From Phoronis australis (Eukaryota > Animalia > Phoronida), in NCBI GenBank assembly GCA_002633005.1, contig NMRA01000699.1:37649-89286 (forward strand): 51,638 nt of DNA. The letters are read 5' to 3'. Positions 1 to 12,276 of the stretch are shown here, piece by piece. The notes below the pieces were generated by a model. That model ran no database searches. It was given only the letters and a program-made list of their open reading frames with translations, and was not told where the DNA came from. The number at the start of each line of letters is the position of its first letter. Position 1 is the stretch's first letter. A program made the position numbers and the translations under genes.

Positions 1-365
1 ATGAGTTGTCTGTGAGGTAGGCAATTTTCAAATAAGATAATGAATAAAATTGTCAAACATTGTTTTATTTTTTAGATGTGTGATCTTCCAATAAGTGATT
101 ACTTTTAAAAAACCTGTGCAGAATTTGATTTTTACTCTTCATTTGAAGGAGAATAAATACATAAACCTGCATTGTCTAGAAATTTTACTCAAACTACATA
201 TTACAGGGTTGGGCATTGGAATCTTAATACAACAGAGTCTGAACCAGTACCGTGAGCAATACAACACAATACACGGATATTAAAATTTGGTGTTTAGGTT
301 CCACGGAAAGGATTCGTGTGCGCGGTAATAGTTACTAAGGTGCGTGGTCATTGTTTGTGGATACT

Positions 366-494
366 TTGGACGGCTTGAGGTCAAGGACGGTACGGAAATT
401 GCCAGTTTGTTGCGTAAAGTCACGATGTCGATAACGCCGTTCATCTGTAAATCATCGGTAATTTCCGTACCGTCCTTGACCTCGAGCCGTCCAA
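366..494. repeat. Inverted repeat, 38-bp arms with 53-bp spacer (hairpin or tiny MITE)
   Basis: TTGGACGGCTTGAGGTCAAGGACGGTACGGAAATTGCC (366-403) is the near-perfect reverse complement of 457-494 (2 mismatches). Confidence 0.85.
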
Positions 495-1039
495 GATGGA
501 AGTGTGTTTGGGCTATCTGTGAACATTTTTGTTCTTTGACCGCGATTTTCTTACGAAGTCGCCTAAACAGGACACCGTGATTGGTATTGGAAGAAAGAAC
601 AATTGCCAATGGTTTGTTGAAACCTTGTTTTGTGTAAATTTATTGAGTTTTATGTTAGCTATGGAGGGCTGAAATGAAGCACCAGTGGAATTTCTAGTCG
701 GGAGTGCCATACCTTGTAGTATCATGTGTAGTGTATTGGGGACGATCAGAAGCTGAGGACGCCTGTGAGTAGATGCAGATTCACGCATATGGACGAAAAA
801 TAACGAATTATTTTTTTCCGAATTGCTCGAGCTGCTTAAGAAACCTAGACGAAATTCTGAGCTGGCCAAAGTTTCAAGGATAAAAGATAACATACTTCCT
901 CCAGAATGCATCATTTGTCAACACAACAAGTGCATGCATGTGCTGGACCGCGCTCCCGTAATTCCTGCTGACTGGTGTGGGACATGCACGTAATGAGATT
1001 ATATATCTCAGCAACCTTGTCTTCTCGCTCCGCAAGGAA

Positions 1040-1480
1040 AAGTGTGATGCTCACCTCCGAGTGCATATCTTCACCAGATGTGACACTATTGGCGCTTTCG
1101 AGGGAAATGGGAAGGTAAAGGTGCTGCGCATTTTACTGGAATTGCATTCCTTTTGCAGCACGTTTGCAAAACTTGGAGCAAGCTACACAATTGACGAGGA
1201 AATATTATCCGATATACAAGAATGTGTGTGTGCTTTATATGGAGTAGAATCAAACGTGAATCAAGCCCGCTAAATTGTCAGATACCAAAATGTGTTTGAA
1301 CGCAATTTGCCATCCAATCTCGATGCTCTTCGACAGCTCGTTAAACGAGCAAATTATCAGTGTGCTAACGAATTTATAGGAGTGCACTCGACCAATAAAT
1401 GGAGACTCCATCACCAGAAGGCCATGGATGGTTGATCAGGAAGAACGAGATTCATTTTGTGTGGACATCCCTTCCACGTG
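1040..1480 (+). pseudogene. Academ-type transposase remnant (XPG/H3TH nuclease region)
   Basis: Translates to HIFTRCDTIGAFEGNGKVK...CVCALYG...VNQAR*, then LPSNLDALRQLVKRANYQ and PSPEGHGW. This matches the HxxTGCD..AF.GKGK / LPP..DAL..H..RA.YQ / P.P...GW motif series; stops and frameshifts are present. Confidence 0.7.
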
Positions 1481-2341
1481 CACCACCCAGTGGTTTTAAA
1501 GGAGAATAGCACACCAAAACAACCTATTTTCTATCAATTTAGATCGAGTAGTTCTACTCGATAATGGAACTTTGGGTTGCGTTACCTGATAACTGACGAC
1601 AGACAGAGGTGTTGAAATTATCCAATGACGTCATTGGTTTCACACGCAGTCTGTTCATCAGTTCACAACACGGGTTACTGGTGCCAGCTTATCGTTTGAA
1701 TTCATCGTTTAACACCAATCAATCATCAAACTTCCATGTAAAAGCCTTAAAAATACACCGAGTTCTGATAAAAAGTGTTGTTTTATTTCTATGTTACGAA
1801 TTTATTGGTATTTGGACCCACCGTAGCCTACAAAGTTCGGCAGGCCAATTTATCATGGTCCCTAGCAGGAGTTTGGGGTCTGTTCGGAGATAAATTTGAA
1901 ATATTCTTCAGTGAAATACAGACAGGAGAACCTAGATCCGTGTTGTTTGTACTTGTGATTTTTTAGTTCTAAACAGACAAAACGCTTGTTTTCCAAGCCA
2001 GTGACTCGGAACCCTCGTTATCACGGCCAGTGGTTCCGAACCCGATCAGGCCCTTCAAGGCCGCCGGGACTGTAACGAACATAAAGCAGCTTGAGTTGGA
2101 AAGTAAACCTCTGGTCACGAAAAGACTATATAATAGTGAGCCAAAGAAATAATGTGCACGTATTTATTTTTGTAAATTAACCACGAAACTGATAATCTAC
2201 TTACTCGTCGCGGTCCGCGAAGTCGGGTTCCCCTTCCACATACCGTCAGGGCAAAGGCTGTACAGTAACAACGATTTGAATAATCTCCATGCTAGCAAGA
2301 AGCAGCATATATTAAAGAAAACAACAATTGTTTTAAGTCGA

Positions 2342-2385
2342 CTTGGCATGTTTCGGTGTCATTTATTCAAAACCATCATCAGAAG
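2342..2385 (-). ncRNA. Minimal hammerhead-ribozyme-like motif in Penelope pLTR (copy 1)
   Basis: Minus strand reads CTT-CTGATGA-TGGT..ACC-GAAAC-ATGCC-AAG, i.e. CUGANGA and GAAA core boxes with a short stem II. Confidence 0.55.
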
Positions 2386-3012
2386 AGAGAATGTAGTGGC
2401 CACCTAGCTACACTGTAGGCCCAGCAACATGTAATGAAGCACAGATACAGTCAGTTACAGGGAGTGACCATGAACTAGACCAACAACGACAACCTGTGGT
2501 GTGCCAGTTGCCTATTGAGATTGGGCTTGCACCAAAGGATGTGTAGAGCCTCACGAATTTTAAGCTCCTTTGTTGTTACTGCCTGGTCTATTATTGCAAA
2601 GTCATTGAAAGCGCACTACTGATCACAATCATTGGAGCTCTGTAGGTGAATATATACAAGTAAACCTCTGTCAGAATTCAGATGTTCCTTGGTCCTGGTT
2701 TTCAAATGGCGAACAGATTCACCTACATAGCTGGAGCCACATCCAGCACAGATAAATTTGCACACTACCCTGGACCGTAGACCCATAGGAATTTTGTCCT
2801 TAGGGTTAAATAAATTCGACAATTTCAGAGACTTCAATGTCAATACAACTCTTAAGTTTATACAATAAAATGATTACTGTGTAAACGCAATAGGCAACTG
2901 GCACACCACAGGTTGTCATTGTTGGTGTAGTTCATTGTCACTCCCTGTAACTGACTGTATCTGGGCTTCATTACTTGTTGCTGGGCCTAGCTAGGTGGCC
3001 ACTGAATTCTCT

Positions 3013-3057
3013 CTTCCGAAGATGATGTTTGAATAAATGACACCGAAACATGTCAAG
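3013..3057 (+). ncRNA. Minimal hammerhead-ribozyme-like motif in Penelope pLTR (copy 2, mutated first box)
   Basis: CTT-CCGAAGA-TGAT..ACC-GAAAC-ATGTC-AAG; palindromic ACATGT stem III and a GUC cleavage triplet. Confidence 0.45.
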
Positions 3058-3270
3058 TCGAGTTGAAAGCATTTTTGTTTTCTTAAGATTTGAATAATGT
3101 ATTTGTATTAAATAAAGATTCTCCTAACATGTGGCCATAGCACATAAAATCGAGTTATTGCTTCACAACAGCTTTCTGTCAGGAAACACTGAATTACCAT
3201 GCACTCAAACGGCCTCGGTGCCCAGTCAATTACCTTAATCAGTTAAATTTGTTGCCGGCATCAAAAGTGG

Positions 3271-3996
3271 TTCATTTATTGCTGACTTCTCAACATTTGC
3301 CCTCACGAATACTGCAAAGACTTTATAAATTGTATCTGATGAGACAGACTTTGTATCAGTTTCATATAAGCATTGGTTAGCATGAGAATAATTCATTTTG
3401 AAACAGGACGCAGAATAATAAACGTCTACATGACAACTCGTCTGGCGCCAATCCCGACTTACATGTAGTCAAGAGTTCATCAGACGAAGACTTCACGAAT
3501 CGAATCGTTAGGATTCAGAGGCTATCAGTTCGAACCGGAATACACAGAAAAAAATACTAGAGAGGCGCCGTGAACATGCACATGCAACGGAACGTATGGA
3601 TAGTTCTTTGGTAAGCCGGAATTCGTCAGAGAAATCACTGTCTACGAAATGTCGGACCGGACACGGAGGTGTTTCATCTTCCTCATACTTGCTATTAACA
3701 GCGTACCTTTCATTCTTCTCTACCGCGAGACACTTCCTAAGCATTTAGGGCTCTCGAGTAGAAAAGCGATATTTCGCGCTTGCATTCCAGCTTCAAAGTT
3801 CGGACAAGCGGGAACGATGCACCGCAATGTAACGGCATTCACTCTACAGATGAACCACTGACGTCGCTGCGTCGTTTCACACCTTCCTCAAAGCTTAACA
3901 CGACACCTCTCGGCAAGGTGAGGTCAACCGTATAAGATGTGGACATAGACCGATTAAGACGGTAAAAAGACTAATTAAATCGGGTGGCATTGTCCT
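3271..3996 (-). mobile_element. Non-autonomous Kolobok-like element, copy 1 (one end truncated)
   Basis: Aligns by eye with 11514-12276. Ends GGGTGGCATTGTCCT followed by TTAA (3997-4000). THAP stub on minus strand (MLRKCLAVEKNERYAVNSKYE). Confidence 0.75.
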
Positions 3997-4004
3997 TTAA
4001 AGAC

Positions 4005-4130
4005 GTTAGCTGCACGTGCAAAAAGAACAATTATCAATCAATCTGACAATGTGTTCTTGCGAAAAAGCTGGAGTAAAAGGCACTGAAATGTGCAACTGCC
4101 AAAAATGTGAGAATGTCATGAATTCGAGCC
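4005..4130 (+). pseudogene. Cys-rich (CXC-like) C-terminal remnant of Academ-type transposase
   Basis: SCTCKK...CSCEKAGVKGTEMCNCQKCEN matches the C.C.K.GL.CT..C.C..C.N tail that follows the XPG domain. Confidence 0.55.
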
Positions 4131-5813
4131 AGGTGATGAGTAAAGCTGTGATGCACTTGCATCCCAGCTGGAGGAACTTGGAATTACATGTTCTCAAGAG
4201 ACACAAACCGGGCTATTAACTGGCCCAGTGAGCCTGGTGATTTGTGAAACATGTTTCTATTTTTGTATTTACATCTTTAATAATGTCTTTTTACCATGTT
4301 AATTTCCATTTGTATTTCATCCAATTGCATTTGTTGTTATTCTGTAATTTTTGTCGCCATTTTTGACAAATTGTATGCTTTTGACTTGTAACAATGATTG
4401 TTTTTGTATGCCAGATTGGTGAATGTGTGATAAAGTAAAAGTGAGACATACTCAGTTTGTTACTTATGGCTTTAACAACTGTAAAAACAGCATAAACTAT
4501 GAATAATAGTTCCCTATTTCGCCAACAGGTGGCAACCCTAAATTCATATTTCTTCTATAATTCTAAATTTAATTGAAAAATATAACGAAGTGTGTGTTTA
4601 TTATGACTTAATACAACCTGTATGAATATAGTCTGCACTATCATCCTTCATGGACAATTAATTTTCTTCTTTTCTTACTTTTAATTCCATGTAATTTTTT
4701 TTTTGAAATGGCACAATTTTGACATCAAATTTCACAAATATAAAAAATGTACAAGTTTAAACGCCGGAACTTCTTTGATTCATAAAGTAAAAGGATTTGT
4801 GACGTCAAAAACACCAGAATTAAATTACCCACTGAAGTGGTGACAGAAGTGGTTTTCTAGGCCTCCTGTGGCTTACAGCTCATGTCCTATATAGCCATGG
4901 GTGCAAAAACAACCAAAACTACCACTAGGAGGCGCCAGATTATTTGAAGTCGATGGCAATTCACCATCATCCATCCTCTTAACAGTAGGATTACATTTAT
5001 ATATGCCAATTTTCACAGTCATCCTTGAAGTTGTTTGGTTGACTGAGGTGCGGACGCCAAAAAAAACAGACTCGTAAACAGTAAAAATGGCCGCAAGGTG
5101 GCGCAAAGTACCTTGAATTCATCCGAACACGGGAGGATAGCGTCATGTCACTAATTGATGCCTAACGGCCAAGTTTGTGAAAATCCGCCGGTTGAGGATC
5201 TCCGAAGATACAGAGGTAACGTAAAATATTAAATTTGCCATTAGGTGGCACACTTGTTTTCGGATAGGTTCAAAATTCGTCGTAATCCATTGTATGCTTC
5301 ATAGGCACAAATCCGCTAAATTTTATCAAGATCCTGTGAGGGGTTTAGTAGATACATTGCACGCCGGACGACGGACTAAAACTGGACCGTTAACTGAGTC
5401 ATAAAGTAAGAATTAGGGACTAAGACCTTAATTTAGGGGCGTTGCATGAAAATATCCCTATTTATTTTCAAAAATATTGAAAATTGAACTTGGATTTCAA
5501 TCTCGATTTCAGTGTATGTATCAGCCAAAAATGCGGTTATTACTGAGGCTCAAACAGCACAAGAAAGGACAATCAGTGTTTTCACAAGCCCACAAATACA
5601 CTGTATAAGTAGATTTAAAGAGCTTAGTTGAATCCCTATTTCGGACTGTTGCGTGCAACCCACAGGGAACCCGGAACGCCAACTTTTTAAAACATACCTT
5701 TAAGATATGACCCAAAATTAAACGAACTTTCTCCAAACCGGAACAAAACAAAATAAAGCATGACCGTAGCCGCATGATAGGTACGAGATGAGTGTCTTGT
5801 TTCAAGTGAATCA

Positions 5814-6130
5814 CAGCTGAGCTGCTAGTAGAGTTTCATAAATTCATATTTTCTTACAATCAGTTGGCGTGAGAAGTTAGCGCCGCACAACTACATGTAT
5901 ACATGTAGTTCGATTGAGCCAGACAGCGCACCATTGTTCCCAGAAGATCGATAACGGTTTACAGTATGTCATCATGAATAGGCGTGCCTTTGCTCGAATC
6001 TTGTGGGGGTCCAAAACGAGGACTCCGCTTTGTTAAACAAGGAGTAGTAACATTTGAGGAAACTGGACTGAGAAATCAAAGCAGGACTTAAGTCTCTATC
6101 GAAGGTGACCTACAGCGTATTATATACGCA
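5814..6130 (+). repeat. Dispersed ~300-bp repeat, copy A
   Basis: GCTAGTAGAGTTTC.TAAATTCA.ATTT...GGTCCAAAACGAGG...CTGAGAAATCAAAGCAGG...GAAGGTGACCTACA is shared with 23541-23820. Confidence 0.75.
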
Positions 6131-6138
6131 CATAATGC

Positions 6139-6325
6139 AGGGGCGTAGGAAGCAGGGGGACCGGAGGGCACGGTCCCCCCAAAAAATTTCAGGAGTCTGG
6201 GTTAAACCGTGGTAACCGACATAGGCATGGTGCCGAGGACAGTCGAGAAAAAAAGACTGCAAAAATGATAAGAGAGAAAATTCAAGAGGACATTTAACAA
6301 ATCTGTATCAGTGCATGACTTACCT
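6139..6325 (+). mobile_element. CAGGG-ended DNA transposon terminus (hAT-like)
   Basis: CAGGGGCGTAGGAAGC... is homologous over ~190 bp to the reverse complement of 50873-51075. Confidence 0.6.
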
Positions 6326-6980
6326 CTTCAGGACCCTGGCCGGAACACTGTCGCTAGGGTTCTTGCTTTTGCAGTTCAGGTAGTCTAAACGCAAATATAT
6401 ATTTCAAAAAATCGAGGAAATTTGTAAAGCGAAGCTTTTGCGGAACGTACTAATTTACTGGATGTTTAAAATCAATAAATTAATTTTGTGAATGCAAAAC
6501 TATATTTCTCCAGAGGCCCCTCGCTGAAAAGGGATAACGGAAACACCTTCCGTTTTATTTTTTTCTCGAAACTGTATATCACTTGAGAAAATGGATGAAT
6601 GACAGATAACATCAATTGCTGCGCACTTCCTGATCTTTGTTAAAACATATATTTCAATATTTAGGAGTCCCGCCCTTGAAGGAGGCCTTCATGACATTCA
6701 AGGGGCCACCTTTTTGTGTTTTTATTAACAGGCCCAATGTTGGAATCGATTACCTCTATGTTCCTGTTTTTTTGTGAAATAATCGTGTTTTCATGTTGAA
6801 GGAGGTCTTTCCCTGCCTCGATTTGGGACCACACGACGGTGGAATGCACTGTCACTTTTTCGAAGCTAAATGATGTTTAGCCTTTTATCTTAAGGTGTCC
6901 CATTTGAGACAGTGCCCTTTCTCGGTGGAGCAGTTCGGTGTGAATGTCCCTTTGTCCCTCTGTATTCATGTATATCTTTG

Positions 6981-7075
6981 CGTGCAGGACAGGTATACAC
7001 AGACACTATTTCTGCGCATGCACGACAGGTGTACACAAGTGCTATGTCGGCACGTGCACGACAAGTGTACAGAAT
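6981..7075. repeat. 36-bp minisatellite, ~2.6 degenerate units
   Basis: C(G/A)TGCA(G/C)GACA(G/A)GT(A/G)TACA recurs at 6981, 7017 and 7053. Confidence 0.7.
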
Positions 7076-7559
7076 CAATTATGGTTGATAAAATTTATTA
7101 AAAATGATTCATTAAAATAGATTAATTTCGACTATTTCTAAGAATGGTCTGACATGTTATAAGATGTAAATAAAAAATATTATTAACGAATGATGTAATA
7201 TAAGATTTAAGTTTTTTCATCAGCTCTAGTAATTTATACGAATTCTTGTCACTGACCAGAAACGATCCCCAGAATAATGCTATAAACAATGATGAGACTG
7301 ATATACGTGAAAGATGATCAGACTAATTAGAATTCATATCAACCAAAATGGAGGTGCAAGATCTTTACACAAGCAATACTTACTTTAAGTTTAGAAAATT
7401 TGGTTAAGAAAATAAAGAAGGTGAACGGTACACAATATCTATTTTGTTACGTACATGTACAACTTAATTGAGATTGACGGCAAATATAAGGTGCATAACT
7501 AAGCTTTAGAACTAGCAAGGAGCAATGTATAATGCATAAAGAAGTACTGCAACAGTCAG

Positions 7560-7718
7560 GGTACGGACTTCTGGGTGGGAGAGGCGACACAACAATTTGT
7601 GATCATCTGCACTAAACATTTTAGGATCAGAAATATTACATAGGTTCATTCAAGTCAGGCAAACGCATTTTAAATTAATAATCCTCTGGTGCCGCCTGCC
7701 GCCCAGAAGTGTTGTACC
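7560..7718. mobile_element. Small MITE with ~30-bp imperfect TIRs
   Basis: GGTACGGACTTCTGGGTGGGAGAGGCGACAC pairs with the reverse complement of GTGCCGCCTGCCGCCCAGAAGTGTTGTACC; AG lies on both flanks. Confidence 0.55.
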
Positions 7719-10349
7719 AGAGGGTTCCAGTTCAATCCCGTCCTGCAGCAATTCTATCACTGGTGATGAATTTCTGTAATTACTTCACGTTTTGTCCCTT
7801 ATAGTTGCTAAACGTAAATTGAAACATTAGAACGTTCTAGAAACCTTGCGTAGTTACATTGTAGTTGTTGCAACAAGTAGGGGTTTACATATATCAAACT
7901 TGAAGAATATCCGTGGCGGTACTTCGGGAAGTTATTTGGGTTCATTTAATTTCTTCACATTGACAGGCTGTATTACTGCTTACAGTATTATGCAAATTAA
8001 AATGAATAAATCAAGTTCTGGACTTATTGTATGCTAATGTTAACGAAGCGTCGCCATCTCGGAGACTTCTAATACAGATCGTCTGAAGCCGAAGTGTTGG
8101 TGTGTCGCATTGGCAGGGATTGTTGTTACGTGTCTTATGCCACAATATGCCATTTTCTAATTTTTGCAACATCTCCCGGGAAATGATGGCAGCTTCGCAA
8201 AACTTGATCTGAAATGCTGTTTTTTGGTTTTAAAATGCTAAAAATCTTAAAACAAAATGAAACAAGTTTCGATAAATCGTGAAATGCACACAACCCTTGC
8301 AAGAAGAACGGTTGATTGAAGAATCGACGAAAAACTGGATAATAGATGACACTACAAATCTTGGCGCCCCGACCCGACGCTTAATGCCATTCCACAAATT
8401 AAGCAGCAGAATACCTAAAACGCTTTTTTTAATAGCAGACAATAATCTACTATACTCAAAGACGAATGTAGTTTTAATGACACTAATTTCGAGTCGCATT
8501 TTGGAGAAGTTTTTACATCGTCAATGGAAGGCTAAAAACCACAAAGTTTGTAAAACAACTCTTAACAGCTGTGTAATAGCTAGGAACAACATGGTAATGA
8601 GCTCCAATAGACCTCGAAATTCCACACCGCCCAGGTACATGTGGTTCCGACTGCGTATCGCATCATTGTGGAACTTATATCAACACATGCTGTACAGCTA
8701 ACGGCCTTCGGTGGACAATGCAAAATCTTGTACTCACCTGGCACTTACCTTGTCCATTGCGGTGGTTTAAGTGGAAATCAATCTAATATAACTCGGCGTT
8801 TTTTAACAAAGAAAAGTTTGTGGTCGTTTTGAAAACTGTACACCCGTGACATTTAAGAGCCCATGACTTATCCTAGTTGAAGACTGTAGGGCTTCGAAAC
8901 AGCAAAGTTTGTTCTGAAATTCGGATTACTGACATCATAGACTATAGTACATGGACCTCCAATTCCGCATATTTCCATTGGGGACGAGTGATCTTATCTA
9001 TCAGTTGTGACCTCACTATTCACTAGCGACAACTGCCAATATAAGCAAGATTTACTGCCGGCAAGTACATGTACGCTGTCTGCTAGTAATGGTCGGCTGT
9101 TGTGTGGTGGGATGTCAAAAGTTTTCACGATACCAACAATTCTATTATTGGACGACTCTGAACAGTGTTTCAATGCCGAATTCAATGTTCGTGGTACTGG
9201 ACAGTAAAATAGACGCGAGAATTTACCGTTACAATGCACTAACCGTAAACTGAATTCGGTAATTTAGGAGAGTGGCGCCTCTACTAGCGTGCTACGTCAG
9301 AAAATTCCGTAGCTGCAACTCTTTTGACAAAAAATCTTCTGGCGCTATGGGATTTCATGTCATTTGAAGTCGAAAATAACTGGTCGGGTTTCGCAATTTC
9401 TTCACAATGAGGATGACGACAAAACTCAACAAAAAGTGAATAACTATTCGCCATTGATTGACCAGTTATGTGCGAATCAATTTGCCAATGATCAAAAGTC
9501 GTATTTTCCAGGCCCCGACGCTACTTTAATTTATTTCTAAAAAGCGCTCGTAGACATGGAATTGGGAAACATGTACATTTTCTTACAGTACTAGACAAAC
9601 AAAAGTAGTTTCGAAAAGACTCCTTTTGCGAGTTTCGAAATTCAAATCTCATTGGTTTTGTAAAGTTCAATTAGTCTTATTCGCTCGGCTAAAACAACAA
9701 GACACCGCCGACAAACCATTTCCATAACAGTTTCCTTCAAAAATCGTAGTTTCCCCCTCCCCTCACGGGACTTTTCAAATCCTACAATGTTGTATGAACA
9801 GTGTCATTTATTTTAATTTTGTCTGTTAAAACAAATATGCTTACTGCGAGTTAGCTCTGGAGTGTGTCTGAACAAACGTTATTATTTGTGGAATGTTCAA
9901 GTGGTTTTGATGCAGGGCGTTGGAAGTGGAGAACAGTGTCAGAGTGAAAGATTCAATGACATTTACTGGGAAAGGCCGGCAAAACTACTGGTGACCAGAT
10001 TTTTGTGGTCGTTATATAGCCGCCAGTGTCCCAGTAACTTCACCTTTTGGAGGGGTGTAGCTGACTAGTGTCCCATGTATCATTTTGCTGTCTGTATGCA
10101 GTTTGTTGTGACTGACACAGTCATGTGAAATGCCTGCTGTTTGAAGCATTATCAGATTTTCATTCACCACAGAGATCACGGGAAACAGTACAAAGTTCAT
10201 CAGTACACGGCAATTTTTGTATTGTAGCTCTTGTTTTCCATGAGTTCACAGCAGACAAACTAAATGCAGCACATAAACAATAACCCTAAACAGTATATGA
10301 AGGTTGAAATAGTCTCCAATTCAAAATATAGCTCCATGTACAATGTGTA

Positions 10350-11000
10350 TTGGGTTCTAAATGCTAAGTCTTTATGTCTCGTAAATAACAACTGTTGTTA
10401 CTGATATAAGTGCTGATAAATTGGCTCAAATATGACACTCCTACTGTATGTTAACTGTTCAAAATACAGGTGATCTCGCTTACATGTACCTCCTCATCCC
10501 GTACTGTACACATAACCCTTTAGTCTGTGTACAATGTTGGACCATTTTAAAGTAAAGTGTGATATTTAATGCAACTAGAATCTGGTTTAATACTCATCAC
10601 CGGGTTGTTTTATACAAGTAGCATGGAAAAATCAAGAACTCTAAATGTATTAACTGATATAAATGCAAGTGAAATGGCACAAGTATGACAATCCTGATGT
10701 TAGCCATCCAGTTAAGGGAGGTGCCATTGTCACCTCCTTAAACTCATCATCACATGCCGTAACTAGCCATTCTGCAAAAACAATGTTGGTGTAAATTTAA
10801 TTCGAAAATGACATTTAATGTGAGTGTAATCTGGTTTAACACGGGTCACCCAGTTAAGTGGCACAAACTAACATGAAAACAATGAGGTATCTAAACTTGT
10901 TGTTTGATCTAAATGCCAGTGAACTGGTTCAAATATGACATCCCCACAGTTAACCTTTCAAAATGCAGGAGCCCTCCCTAAACTTGACATCACTTATAGT
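10350..11000. repeat. Old tandem repeat, ~250-bp period, ~3 units
   Basis: TATGACA anchors at 10431, 10684 and 10934 with similar context; AATCTGGTTTAA at 10579 and 10828. Confidence 0.65.
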
Positions 11001-11513
11001 ACATGTACATGTAAGTCACCAATCTGTGTAATTTACCACCTTTCCTTAAGCTAGCCCATAAGTCAACACTCAGATAAGGCCTCACTTTTAGTTAAGTGAG
11101 GTTGAGTGTATTATGAGTTTCAGAGGTGAAAACTGAAATGCCAGCATATTTAAAAACGGACACCGACTAAATATCTTGATTTTACTGACAAAATCACAGC
11201 AAGTCTTTTTATATTGCGTTTTGCTTTTGTCCAGTTTCTTTAATATCACAGCAACAACAATTGGTTAAATCACTGAGGCAACCCAACAATATGAATTCTG
11301 GAGTTTTCCTGGTCACCACTGATTGTCAACTTCACTATAACAACGCATTTCGCCATCCGTAAATTGTCCGACTGTATTCAAAATCATTTGTCATTCAGAC
11401 TGTAGGTGTGATGACTTCATACTCATTTTATGCTGCACCAACATTTCATACATGTGCACAGGTTAATCGTTTGTCGTGCCACACCTTTCATAACGCTTCA
11501 TCATGATCGTTTA

Positions 11514-12276
11514 AGGAGAATCCCGCCCACAGTGATTTATTCATTGCTGACTTCTCAGAACATTTGTGCCCGTGAATACTTCAAAGGAATTACACATTGT
11601 ATATATAATGAGACAAACTTTTTTATGTAAGCATTGGTTAGGGTGAGAACAATTCATTTTGAAACAGAACGCAGAATAATAAACTTCTACATGGGAACTC
11701 GCCGGGCGCCAATTCCGAAGTAGTGGAGAGCTCATCGGACGAAGACGTCACGGGTCGGATCGGCGTTAGGTTTCAGAGGTTATCAGTTCGAACAAGAATA
11801 CACTGATCCCTAAATAATAGAGAGGCGCCGTGAACATGCACAGGCAACGGAACATACATGTATGGATACAGTAGTATTTTGGTAAGCCGAAAATCGTCAG
11901 AGAAATCACTGTCGATGAAATGCCGGCTACAGAAGCGGAGATGTTTCACGGCCTCATACTTGCTATTGACAGCTTACTTTTCATTCTTCACTACCGCGAG
12001 CCACTTCCCAAGCATTTTGGACTCTCGAGGAAGTCGAAAAAACGATATACCCGCTTTTCTCGCAGCTTCATAGATCCGACATGGAGAAAAGATCCACCGC
12101 AATATAGCGGAATTCACTCTGCAGATGAACCACTGACATCGCTGCGTCGTTTCTTACCTTCCCACACAGGTTAAAGGGACACCGTTTGGCAAGGTGTTAT
12201 CGACCGTATAAGAGGCGATGTTGATATAGACCGAGTAAGACGGTAAAAGACAAATTAAATCGGGTGGCATTCTACT
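11514..12276 (-). mobile_element. Non-autonomous Kolobok-like element, copy 2 (full length, ~760 bp)
   Basis: TIRs AGGAGAATCCCGCCC and AGTAGAATGCCACCC (rc), flanked by TTTA and TTAA. THAP stub on minus strand; GYQFE-type stub on plus strand. Confidence 0.8.

Larger units (their letters stand above)
2315..3084 (-). mobile_element. Penelope-like retroelement 3' fragment with inverted pseudo-LTRs
   Basis: Minus strand ~2500-2843 encodes a GIY-YIG endonuclease (KDKIP...VVCKFICAGCGSSYVGESVRHLKTRTKEH...*...LKIREALHI...KPNLN). It is flanked by ~200-bp inverted repeats at 2315-2517 and 2888-3084. Confidence 0.85.

Noticed and set aside
6981-7075. Regularly spaced 36-bp units resembling a CRISPR array
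   Set aside because: Degenerate units without unique spacers, no cas genes, eukaryotic context.
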